A stretch of DNA of 64,000 nt from an uncultured Gammaproteobacteria bacterium (GCA_964573695.1 CAZNKB010000002.1:109898-173897), one strand, 5' to 3'; positions 9,102-17,973 are shown, counted from the first letter of the stretch. The notes: generated from the sequence alone by a model not told the origin. Made by a program: numbers and translations.

Positions 9102-9410
9102 TCAGGCCACGGAGACAATTTCCAAGCGAGTCAATTCTGCCCGGAATCCCTTGGCCCTTCGATAATTCACCTTCGATTTGAATCGGTGAATATCGATTTT
9201 TTCACCCTTTTCCTGCGCGAGGATCTTTGCCATAACTTTGTGACCCTTGACCACAGGCTTACCCACTTCGGTCTTTTTTTCGTCTTTGACCAGTAGGATA
9301 TCAGAAAGTTCTATGGTGTCCCCCACAGCGCCGTCCATTTTATCGACGACTATGATGTCTTTGGGGGCGACTTTGAATTGTTTGTTACCGACGCGTACTA
9401 CAGCTAACAT
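9102..9410 (-). CDS. rplU: 50S ribosomal protein L21
   Basis: AVVRVGNKQFKV, VGKP, KGEKI, YRRAKGFR. Confidence 0.95.
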   Translation of the reverse strand: MLAVVRVGNKQFKVAPKDIIVVDKMDGAVGDTIELSDILLVKDEKKTEVGKPVVKGHKVMAKILAQEKGEKIDIHRFKSKVNYRRAKGFRAELTRLEIVSVA

Positions 9411-9434
9411 AGGTTCATATTATATAGCTTCCGG

Positions 9435-10541
9435 CTATCCAATTGCAATGCTTCCCTCGTCGGACGCATTTCTCCGAAGCGCTAAGAGTAAACCAAATGC
9501 CACGCATAGCGACAAAATAGAGCTTCCTCCGTAGGAAACAAACGGCAAGGTAATCCCCGTCACCGGGATAATACCCATATTCATACCGGCATTAATCACC
9601 ACTTGCGTGAGTAACACCCCGAAAAGTCCGATCGTGTAAAAAAATACAAAAGGATTACCTACTGAGCCCCGCAGATATGGCCGGATCAATTGCCAGAGCA
9701 ATACCCCGTAAAGGAGAATCAGCACCAGTCCGCCCAAAAAGCCCAATTCTTCTACCAACGTCGCGAAAATGAAATCCGTATGGTATTCCGGCAAAAATCG
9801 GAGGTGACTTTGGGTTCCCATGCCTAATCCCCTCCCGAATAGCTGACCGCTGCCGACTGCGATCATCGCCTGCAGCGCGTTGTATCCGGCTCCCTGCGGG
9901 TCTATGGCTGGATTAAGAAACGTAAGGATTCGTGACTTCTGATAGCCTGCGAGTGCGTGCCAAAATACCGGAAACCCCAGAATACCCACGATGCCTCCCA
10001 CAAGAAACAACATGAGTGGAAACCCTCCGGCGATCATCATAGCAAGCCATGAGGACGCATAGACAATGGACGTCCCCAAGTCCGGCTGCCGGAACACGAG
10101 AAAAAACGGCAGCGCAAAAAAAGCTCCGTGAATAAACAACCACCGCCACGATCGGGGAGAATATGTCATGGATAAACGGGCAAACGCCAGGATCAGTAAC
10201 GGCTTAACAATCTCCGAAGGCTGCAATTGCGCTCCACCTATGACTATCCAGCGTGATGCGCCCCGAATCGGATCACCGAAATATGAGGCGATCAGAAGCA
10301 GAATCGACAATATATATCCGTACGGCGCAAACCACCACAGAATTATGGCGTCTAATCCTGAAAAAAGCCAAATGATAACGCCCCCGAGTATCAAAAAAAA
10401 CAACTGCTGCCAAAAAAGCGATATATTGGTGGTAAGAAGTACGAATAGCCCGACCAACCCTAAAAGCAGCAGCGGCAAAAAAATCACCCAGTCGGTCTGG
10501 TGCTCACGGTCTCGGTAACTATGTCCAAATGGTCTCCCCAT
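9435..10541 (-). CDS. rodA: SEDS glycosyltransferase RodA
   Basis: GASRW, QPSE, QPDLGT, FLPEYHTDFIF, GITLPFVSYGGSS. Confidence 0.9.
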   Translation of the reverse strand: MGRPFGHSYRDREHQTDWVIFLPLLLLGLVGLFVLLTTNISLFWQQLFFLILGGVIIWLFSGLDAIILWWFAPYGYILSILLLIASYFGDPIRGASRWIVIGGAQLQPSEIVKPLLILAFARLSMTYSPRSWRWLFIHGAFFALPFFLVFRQPDLGTSIVYASSWLAMMIAGGFPLMLFLVGGIVGILGFPVFWHALAGYQKSRILTFLNPAIDPQGAGYNALQAMIAVGSGQLFGRGLGMGTQSHLRFLPEYHTDFIFATLVEELGFLGGLVLILLYGVLLWQLIRPYLRGSVGNPFVFFYTIGLFGVLLTQVVINAGMNMGIIPVTGITLPFVSYGGSSILSLCVAFGLLLALRRNASDEGSIAIG

Positions 10542-13318
10542 ACGATGTTGGTTGTGAGTGTCTCCCGTTTGAGCTGTTCGAGCAGCACCCCGGGCAACGA
10601 TTTGTACGTTTCCTCAAGGACCACGTCTATCTTCTGATCTATTCTACATCCTTTTTCCTTGCGCGCCACCTGAATATCACGGATAAGCGTACGCAAAAGC
10701 CCAAGTTGCTCTAATTCGGGCGTCAACACCGTATCAAACGTCACTCCTTCACCTTCACCTTTGGTAAAGTGCACGTCGAGCACATTGATTTCATCTTTGA
10801 GTACCTGGACCAACTCATCTGACAACGTATTCTGACTTACGATCGTCACGGAAGCGAGTGGTTGGCGTAATTTGATCCCGAGCTCTTTTCGCTTGGCGTG
10901 CGCTTGTTCCACCATATCCTGCACAATACGCATATCTTCCTCAAGCCTGTTATCGATTCGTGATACGTCTGCCATAGGCCACAGGGTTAGATGCACGGAA
11001 TCTGCTCCGGGAACCAGATTCTGATACAAACTTTCCGCGATAAACGGGGTCACCGGCGCCATGACGCGGGTCAATACGAGAAGCACCCAACCGAACACGG
11101 ATTGCGACGCAGCGTCCGACTGAATACGATCCCTGCTCCGCCGCAGATACCATGTGGAAAGTTCCGGTAGAAACACGCTTATCGAACGGCAATACGATGT
11201 GGTATCGTACCCGTCCATGGCAGCCGTGGCGTCACGGACAAACGTATTGAGGCGACTCAATACCCACCTGTCCATGACATGCGTGGCACGGGGCTCTTCG
11301 ACAGGGGGAGAAGCCGATACGTACAGCTTATAGAAGCTAAACACGTTCCAGGTGATAGCAATCACCTTCTGATACACTTCTTTGACACCGTCTTCAGAAA
11401 AATTGAGATTCTCGGCTTTCATGACGACGGAAGCCATGAGATAAAATCGGAGCGCGTCAACCCCGTATTTTTCCATGACGACGACCGGATCGGGGAAATT
11501 TTTCTTGGATTTGCTCATCTTATTGCCGTCCTCGGCAAGGATAGTTCCCGTGGTTACCGCGTTTTCAAACGTATATTTGCCGAACAACCCGACACTCATC
11601 ACGTGCAGCGTATAAAACCATGCCCGGGTTTGTGCGATATATTCAGCGATAAACTGCGCGGGATGGCTAGCTGCAAATACTTCTTCGTTCTCAAACGGAT
11701 AATGCAATGACGCAAACGGCATACTTCCGGACTCGATCCAGCAGTCAAAAACTTCCGGAATTCGTTTCCCCTTTATCGTACGCGCATCGTCTACCCATAC
11801 TTCCAAATCATCCAGAAACTCCCTGTGGATGTCGGTAAGCCCGGCTACTTTCTCGGGATTGACCGCCCAGGTCCTGAGCTCTTCGACAGAACCCACGATC
11901 CGGATGCGGTCACCCTCTTTCCATATCGGCATGGGTGTACCCCAATACCGGCTTCGGGAAATATTCCAATCGGGAGCCCCTTCTAATCCTTTACCGAATC
12001 TGCCGTGTTTCAGGTGATCGGGATACCACTCTATTTTTTCGTTCTGTGCGACAAGGTCCGGCTTGATCTTCTGGATGTCTATAAACCACGCCGGCACAGG
12101 ATTGTGATACAGCCGGGTTTCGCAGCGGTAACATACCGGCACACTATGAAGCCGCTCCTCATCATGATAAATGAGTCCCCGCTTCGCCAGATCTTCATTG
12201 ACGAGAGGGTTTGCTTTGAGCATGAACATTCCCGCCCACGGAGTCACTTCCGGCTTAAGAATACCCTCTGCGTTTACGTGCTCGACAAGCTGTATACCGC
12301 GCGACGTCATGATACGATAGTCGTCTTCTCCATAAACGGCAAGCGTCACAACTCCGGTCCCTTCCGCATCGGTCACATACGGATCTGCAACTATGACTCC
12401 CGCTTTCTCTCCGTCTTTACGCGGGTAGAAATCATAATGCAGTTCAAACGTAAACGACTCCAACTCGCTTCCTTTGTATTTCGCAACGACCGAATAGGGC
12501 TCGGGTGTCAACATGGAGAGTCTGTTTTCCGCCAAAATGTACGAAGCGTTTCCCTGTTTCACCTTGACATAGGTCAGATCGGGATTCACCGCCAATGCAG
12601 GGGTGGCGAGTTTATTCCATGGGGTCGTCGACCACGCAAGCAAATATGTGTCCTCATGACCCACTACCTTATATTTATACGTAGTACTCGGACCATGTAA
12701 ATCTTTGTAGCTGTTATCCATGGCAATTTCGAAATTGGAGAGCGGTGTAGCACATCGCGGACAGTACAAAATCACTCGACGACCCTCATAAACCAAACCC
12801 TTGTCATACAGCGTTTTAAACGCCCACCATACGGACTCCATGAACGTCTTGTCCATGGTCTTGTATGAGTGTTTGAAGTCTACCCAACGCCCCAACCGGC
12901 GGATAACCCCCTCCCACTCCTTGTCGAACCGAAGTATGGCACTTCTGCAGGCCTGATTGAACTTATCTATGCCGAAATTTTCTATCCCTTTCTTGCCGCC
13001 TTTGAGGTCCAATTCTTTTTCTATGATGTTCTCTATCGGTATACCATGACAGTCCCACCCCCACACCCGATCGACCCGGTATCCTTTCATAGTCCAGTAC
13101 CGCGGGACGACATCCTTCACCGTGGAAGCAAGAAGGTGACCATAATGCGGCAACCCCGTAGCAAACGGCGGGCCGTCGTAGAAAACATACCGTTTGTCCG
13201 CCGGGCGTTCACTGACGGACCGCTCAAACGCTTTGACGCTATCCCAATACTCGAGCACGTCATGCTCGTTTTTGGAGACATCGAGTTTTTCCTGAAAATT
13301 CGTCTTCTTTATCGCCAT
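10484..13318 (-). CDS. ileS: Isoleucine--tRNA ligase, type 2 (eukaryote-like)
   Basis: FYDGPPFATGLPHYGH, WNISRSRYWGTP, KMSKS; true start MAIKK at 13318. Confidence 0.97.
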   Translation of the reverse strand: MAIKKTNFQEKLDVSKNEHDVLEYWDSVKAFERSVSERPADKRYVFYDGPPFATGLPHYGHLLASTVKDVVPRYWTMKGYRVDRVWGWDCHGIPIENIIEKELDLKGGKKGIENFGIDKFNQACRSAILRFDKEWEGVIRRLGRWVDFKHSYKTMDKTFMESVWWAFKTLYDKGLVYEGRRVILYCPRCATPLSNFEIAMDNSYKDLHGPSTTYKYKVVGHEDTYLLAWSTTPWNKLATPALAVNPDLTYVKVKQGNASYILAENRLSMLTPEPYSVVAKYKGSELESFTFELHYDFYPRKDGEKAGVIVADPYVTDAEGTGVVTLAVYGEDDYRIMTSRGIQLVEHVNAEGILKPEVTPWAGMFMLKANPLVNEDLAKRGLIYHDEERLHSVPVCYRCETRLYHNPVPAWFIDIQKIKPDLVAQNEKIEWYPDHLKHGRFGKGLEGAPDWNISRSRYWGTPMPIWKEGDRIRIVGSVEELRTWAVNPEKVAGLTDIHREFLDDLEVWVDDARTIKGKRIPEVFDCWIESGSMPFASLHYPFENEEVFAASHPAQFIAEYIAQTRAWFYTLHVMSVGLFGKYTFENAVTTGTILAEDGNKMSKSKKNFPDPVVVMEKYGVDALRFYLMASVVMKAENLNFSEDGVKEVYQKVIAITWNVFSFYKLYVSASPPVEEPRATHVMDRWVLSRLNTFVRDATAAMDGYDTTSYCRSISVFLPELSTWYLRRSRDRIQSDAASQSVFGWVLLVLTRVMAPVTPFIAESLYQNLVPGADSVHLTLWPMADVSRIDNRLEEDMRIVQDMVEQAHAKRKELGIKLRQPLASVTIVSQNTLSDELVQVLKDEINVLDVHFTKGEGEGVTFDTVLTPELEQLGLLRTLIRDIQVARKEKGCRIDQKIDVVLEETYKSLPGVLLEQLKRETLTTNIVWGDHLDIVTETVSTRPTG

Positions 13319-13535
13319 AAAAAAACCGCTCCTCTTCCAGTATATACTGAAGGACGAACGGATGTCCGTGGTACCACCTTCTTTCCCACCCTCCGCCGGC
13401 TGGCGGATTGCGGATCTCATTTGCTGCTATGACGGGCATACCCGGGGAATTCTACTTTCGTTGCCGATTTCTTTTCCCAGCCTGTTCCGATTGTTGTCGG
13501 AACCTCCCGCTGATAACGGGATTCTCTGCTCTACT
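13319..13535 (-). ncRNA. T-box riboswitch (Ile), atypical short Stem I
   Basis: Antiterminator AAGG-TGGTACC-ACGGAC..GTTCGT-CCTT; Stem II with GAA/AGTA; CCGTCAT IIA/B; terminator hairpin plus T7; extended -10 TGgTATACT at 13539-13547. Confidence 0.9.
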
Positions 13536-13562
13536 GGTAGTATACCATACCCCTTGGAAATT

Positions 13563-13591
13563 TTGACAACAACTGTATTCTTTCGTACAAT
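13563..13591 (+). promoter_or_regulatory. Near-consensus sigma70 promoter divergent from ileS
   Basis: TTGACA-17nt-TACAAT. Confidence 0.75.
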
Positions 13592-13616
13592 CTCGGGTCG
13601 TTTGCTTCTTTTTGCT

Positions 13617-13856
13617 ATGGAACGACGTGAACCTCGCCGCAAACTCACCATCCGCATTACCACGTGCGACGGAGCCACCGTCTCGACGTGGTCGTACCAT
13701 ATCCACGATATCAATAGCTTTGAACGGACTACGCTTCGCAATCACGCCAAAACATGCGGCCACAAAAATCGTTTCACCGGTAGATGCCGCCGGACACAGA
13801 TAGACCGGAATGTATTTTCGGGCACCATTACTCCCAACGAGCTGGACGGACTCTAG
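13617..13856 (+). CDS. Small hypothetical protein (79 aa)
   Basis: ATG 13617 (MERREPRRK...) downstream of the promoter; fills the intergenic gap. Confidence 0.5.
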   Translation: MERREPRRKLTIRITTCDGATVSTWSYHIHDINSFERTTLRNHAKTCGHKNRFTGRCRRTQIDRNVFSGTITPNELDGL

Positions 13857-13877
13857 TCACTCTATAAAAAATGGAGA

Positions 13878-15431
13878 TTACTCGGCCTTGACGGTAAAGG
13901 ACATCATCACGGGAGACTCTCCCACACCGACGGGAAATACTATGGTATTGCCTTTTACTGCCGGCCAACCATTGATACCTCCGGGAGCCTGATACTCCCA
14001 GACTTTGCTGCCGGATTTGGCAAGAAACGCGTAAATTTTACCGTCATAGGTGGCAGTAAACACCAGATCATTGACGACTGTTGCGGCTCCGAAGTTCATA
14101 GATTCCAACTTGTTGTCCCAAAGGATCTTTCCGGTCGCTGCCTCTATGGCTACCAATTCGCCTTTGCCCAAATCAAGATTCACGGATTCAAATACTTGTT
14201 TCGTCGGCGTATAGTCGGTCGTCAAATTTACGACCGGAACATACAATACTCCACCGTCATATGCCATGGCGGTCAATACGCCCCCAAGCGTGCCGGGAAG
14301 CACTGTAGTCGTCCCGGGAGGCAATAGGGTAAGCGTATCATTGAGATGTTCTCCGACCGATGTCTCCCAAATTGTTTTGCCGGTTTTGCGGTCAAAGGCG
14401 AATACTTTGCCCATTTTGCCGGATCCGAAGACGACGTCTTTGGACTCTCCATTGACTGTTATCTGCCCTAATATCGGGGAATTCTGTAAATCATGATCGA
14501 ACAAATTGTGCGGTGCCACCTGGTTGTACCACAGCAGTTTACCGTCGGCATGATGTAACGCGACGATACTCCCTGTGTATAAATTCGGCCCGGGTCGGCT
14601 CGTACCGTTTGGAAACTCCTCTGTCCCGGGAAAGGGACCAGGATTCCCGATCCCCCAATATGAGATATTTGTGCCAGGATCTATTGCCGGCGGATACCAT
14701 ACGCCGCCACCGCTATTTACCGCCGGATTGCCCCAGATATCTTCGGAATCGACAGTGTCGAATTTCCACTGTATGTTTCCAGTGGTGATATCAAGGGCAT
14801 AAATATTGCCGATCGACCCACCGCGATAAAAGTTTGCCAACGAAAGCCCCGGAACCGTCGCGACGTATACGGTGTTTCTGTATATCACGGGTTGGATATC
14901 GATTCCGATGTTCGCATTGTGGGATATTGTCGTAGACCAAAGTTCTTTTCCGCTCATGTCCAGCGCAATCACATCGTAATGCCCTTTGATTGCGATTATC
15001 TTTCCCTGTCCGACTGCCACCCCGACCGGCCCTCCCACTGTGGTGTTATATTCCTTTTTCCACACCAGCTTCCCCGACGAAAGCTCCACCGCGTAGATGT
15101 TGCTCTTGAGATCCTCAAAATACATCATATTCCCTATGATGATAGGGTTTGTCGTCGCGGCGCCGGACCCGCTGATTCCGGTAATGGGAACTGTCCACGC
15201 CAATGTCAGCTTATCTATGGTTGTGCTGCTTATGGACGAACTGACGGCTGTGCGTGTATTAGAAAAGTTTTGATTCGGAAGCGGCCAATCTGATTGGTAT
15301 TCAGGAGTGTTCAAAGATACAGTACTCAGGATTTGTTTCCCGTATTTGTTAATACCCACCAATACCGCAATCGACAGAAGGATGATCGATACGATAATTC
15401 CCTTTTTTGTACGTTTAGGTGCTGTTTGTAT
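13878..15431 (-). CDS. PQQ-binding-like beta-propeller protein (quinoprotein dehydrogenase-like), membrane-anchored
   Basis: DWP..N, repeated ALD..TG..W blades, GGGVW, GNPGP, NLYT.SIVAL, WYNQ..PH..DHD; start uncertain (ATA 15431 or TTG 15362). Confidence 0.8.
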   Translation of the reverse strand: MQTAPKRTKKGIIVSIILLSIAVLVGINKYGKQILSTVSLNTPEYQSDWPLPNQNFSNTRTAVSSSISSTTIDKLTLAWTVPITGISGSGAATTNPIIIGNMMYFEDLKSNIYAVELSSGKLVWKKEYNTTVGGPVGVAVGQGKIIAIKGHYDVIALDMSGKELWSTTISHNANIGIDIQPVIYRNTVYVATVPGLSLANFYRGGSIGNIYALDITTGNIQWKFDTVDSEDIWGNPAVNSGGGVWYPPAIDPGTNISYWGIGNPGPFPGTEEFPNGTSRPGPNLYTGSIVALHHADGKLLWYNQVAPHNLFDHDLQNSPILGQITVNGESKDVVFGSGKMGKVFAFDRKTGKTIWETSVGEHLNDTLTLLPPGTTTVLPGTLGGVLTAMAYDGGVLYVPVVNLTTDYTPTKQVFESVNLDLGKGELVAIEAATGKILWDNKLESMNFGAATVVNDLVFTATYDGKIYAFLAKSGSKVWEYQAPGGINGWPAVKGNTIVFPVGVGESPVMMSFTVKAE

Positions 15432-15493
15432 ACTGTTACGATACTCCTACTATGCGAGGGCTGTAAAGGGGGTAGAGAAATATTACCGGTAAA

Positions 15494-17485
15494 TTAGGAG
15501 GTGATCTCCTTCGGAGAAATTTTATCCCAATCTACTGACTGAAATGCCATGCGAAAAGCGTCCCGGAATTGGTCCGGTTGTTTGTCTATCATGCTCCGCA
15601 CGGAGTCGACGTCTGCCCATACGGCTTTATCTGATTCGTAATTTGTATCGATCAAATCCGATGTTTCCTGGTCCACATGGGCGAGGAAAAAGTAAAAGTT
15701 TTCTTTTTGTGGCGTCACGTTTTCTGAACGCTGGGAGTATACCCGGATCGGCATAAGTGGTTCTAGCGTCGTGATTTTCCGCGCACACTCTGCTCCGACT
15801 TCCTCGCGAAGTTGCCGGCGGGCCGCCTCTGTATACGTTTCTCCCGGAAGCAGGTGCCCTGAGGAAGCCGCCTGCCACACATTTGGATTCATTTTCTTAT
15901 TTTTGTTTCGGCGCACCATAAGGATCTGCTTGATATTCATTTGTTTCGACTCATCGAAGTGCCACCGCCACATCATGACCGAAGCAGCCCTGTGGATATA
16001 GCGATTTTCTTCGTGCGCCACTGACCGTGGAATGAGTCCGATCACATTGTCTGCCTCATCTACGAGATCGAAATGTTCCGCATAGTGGAATTTCTTGATC
16101 CCCAGCTCCTCACATAATTTGAGAGCCTTGGACATAAAAGCCATTTGTATGAGATTCCTATCTACAGCTCGGGCAACCGGAGCCAAATGAATCTGGTACT
16201 CTATCAACGCTTCCTGACTTTCGTCCGGCTTTATGGCGCGGAAACTTACCACCGATTCCGGATTTTTGGGATCCCGCAAGATAAGACCGAAAACCCGCTC
16301 CCTATCTTCATAGTAGGATATCCAGCGAACGATAGCCGGCTTTTCCTGCTGATCTATATGTATTTTTATCTCACGGTCTTCCTGATTTTTTGTAATCGAA
16401 TCAAAAAGTTTCTGGTATGGTACCCCAAAAATCGTTTCGGCTGACTTAGCCGATTCCGGGACGACGAGATTGCAGATGATATTGGCATCTGCTGTTTGGT
16501 CGATACTATGTGTTCTGTTTTCGGAATTGAGCAGCATCCGTGTCGCCGTATCTACAATAGACTCGGAGAATAATCCCGCTTCATACGGATTTTCCGTCAG
16601 GAATTTGTCGTCCAATATAACGATGTCATCGATAAACGTCTGAAACCGATCGATATTGATAAGCTCGTCAACGACTTTTCCTCTGTGCGCGATAACGTTT
16701 TCCAGTATGTCGACTAACTCGGAACCAATCTTGTCCTGCAATGTTCTAAGTTCTCCATTGCTATTCCAGGCTTTTGGATCGGTATCGAGAAGTTTTTGAA
16801 AATCGGACGATATTTCCGGTGAGACGAATTGTCCGATAAAATCCGTGGACTTCCCCGCAAGAAGCAGCGCTACGACCGTTTGACCGTCGCCCTCATCCAA
16901 CCGTTTTCGGATTTCCTCTGGTGATTCGGTACCGCGTTTGCGAAGTAGTCGTTCACGATATCCCCGGGACGAGGTAAGAAATGTGCAATGAATCTGATCC
17001 CCGAATTTTTCTTTGAGATCCAGGATATGAAGAACGCTTGGCTCGGCCACGAGAAACTCTTCTCTACAAGTTTGCGTCAGGTCTTCTAAGCGGTACGCAT
17101 ATCTATTGTTGTTACTCCGCAGCGTATACTCCCCGATAAGCTTGCCGCGCTCCTTAAGACTCGTAAACTCCTCAGCGGATATAGGGTCTTTCGACACCTC
17201 CGTAACCCTCGGCGTACGATCGGTCACTTTGGGAACCACCCGGATAGAAACAGGATCGGACAACTCCAGCTTCTTGGAAACACTCCGCCGGCCGGGAAGC
17301 GATGTGAGAATTTCTATCGCCAAATCTTTGCCGGATCCCGAAGCTCCCATAAAGGCTAAAATACGGGGTTTTGATGCGTAGCACTCGTAAGAACGTAGGG
17401 CCTCGGGCCCATGTCCGGATTGGATACCCCAGACACCGTTGTGACGGTAAATATCACTATAAGTTACACGCGATTCGTTATTCAT
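15494..17485 (-). CDS. Fusion protein: guanylate kinase/PhnN-like P-loop kinase + central domain + Nudix (Idi/YfcD-like) hydrolase
   Basis: MGASGSGKD, TDRTPR, ISAEEF, LRKRGTES; C-terminal VDEADNVIG..HRAASV..GHLLPGETYTEAARRQLREEVG. Confidence 0.8.
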   Translation of the reverse strand: MNNESRVTYSDIYRHNGVWGIQSGHGPEALRSYECYASKPRILAFMGASGSGKDLAIEILTSLPGRRSVSKKLELSDPVSIRVVPKVTDRTPRVTEVSKDPISAEEFTSLKERGKLIGEYTLRSNNNRYAYRLEDLTQTCREEFLVAEPSVLHILDLKEKFGDQIHCTFLTSSRGYRERLLRKRGTESPEEIRKRLDEGDGQTVVALLLAGKSTDFIGQFVSPEISSDFQKLLDTDPKAWNSNGELRTLQDKIGSELVDILENVIAHRGKVVDELINIDRFQTFIDDIVILDDKFLTENPYEAGLFSESIVDTATRMLLNSENRTHSIDQTADANIICNLVVPESAKSAETIFGVPYQKLFDSITKNQEDREIKIHIDQQEKPAIVRWISYYEDRERVFGLILRDPKNPESVVSFRAIKPDESQEALIEYQIHLAPVARAVDRNLIQMAFMSKALKLCEELGIKKFHYAEHFDLVDEADNVIGLIPRSVAHEENRYIHRAASVMMWRWHFDESKQMNIKQILMVRRNKNKKMNPNVWQAASSGHLLPGETYTEAARRQLREEVGAECARKITTLEPLMPIRVYSQRSENVTPQKENFYFFLAHVDQETSDLIDTNYESDKAVWADVDSVRSMIDKQPDQFRDAFRMAFQSVDWDKISPKEITS

Positions 17486-17521
17486 ACGAGCTTACCGCGC
17501 CTAGATCGATAAGAATATTAT

Positions 17522-17550
17522 ATTATAGGCCTAAAATAGGGAAAAATCAA
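17522..17550 (-). promoter_or_regulatory. sigma70 promoter for the kinase-Nudix fusion
   Basis: TTGATT-17nt-TATAAT on the minus strand. Confidence 0.6.
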
Positions 17551-17579
17551 CTTATTCGATCGTGTGAGAAACCCAAAGA

Positions 17580-17909
17580 CTACGCCTTGAGACTGGATAA
17601 GAAGCTATTCACGATAGTCAGGACGACCGACGCAAGGAGCGCGGTCCCAAACCCGTCGATTGTAAATCCCGGCACAATCCTGCTTGTGACAAGAAGCACC
17701 ACCGCATTAATCACAAAAGTAAACAACCCCAGCGTCAGAATATTTATGGGCAAGGTAAGAACGAGGAGAATAGGCCGCAAGACAACAGTCAGGATTCCCC
17801 ACACTACAGAAATTACAAATAAGGTCGCCCACCCGCTGATAGAAAACCCCGGCAGAAGGAATGCAGTTATATAGAAAGCTAACGCATTGATGAGCAACTG
17901 GATAACCAT
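17580..17909 (-). CDS. YvlD/DUF360 'phage holin family' membrane protein
   Basis: RPILLVLTLPINILTLGLFTFVINA, PGF.IDGF. Confidence 0.9.
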   Translation of the reverse strand: MVIQLLINALAFYITAFLLPGFSISGWATLFVISVVWGILTVVLRPILLVLTLPINILTLGLFTFVINAVVLLVTSRIVPGFTIDGFGTALLASVVLTIVNSFLSSLKA

Positions 17910-17973
17910 ATGGTTATATTATATACCGGGAAATGTCCGGAAGTGCAAATTCCCGCCCCTATGTGCACGAAGT

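Noticed and set aside
13319-13420. 34-aa N-terminal extension of IleS
   Set aside because: It is the T-box antiterminator/terminator read in frame
17580-17909. Prophage lysis gene (holin)
   Set aside because: YvlD/DUF360 is a common chromosomal membrane protein; no phage genes nearby
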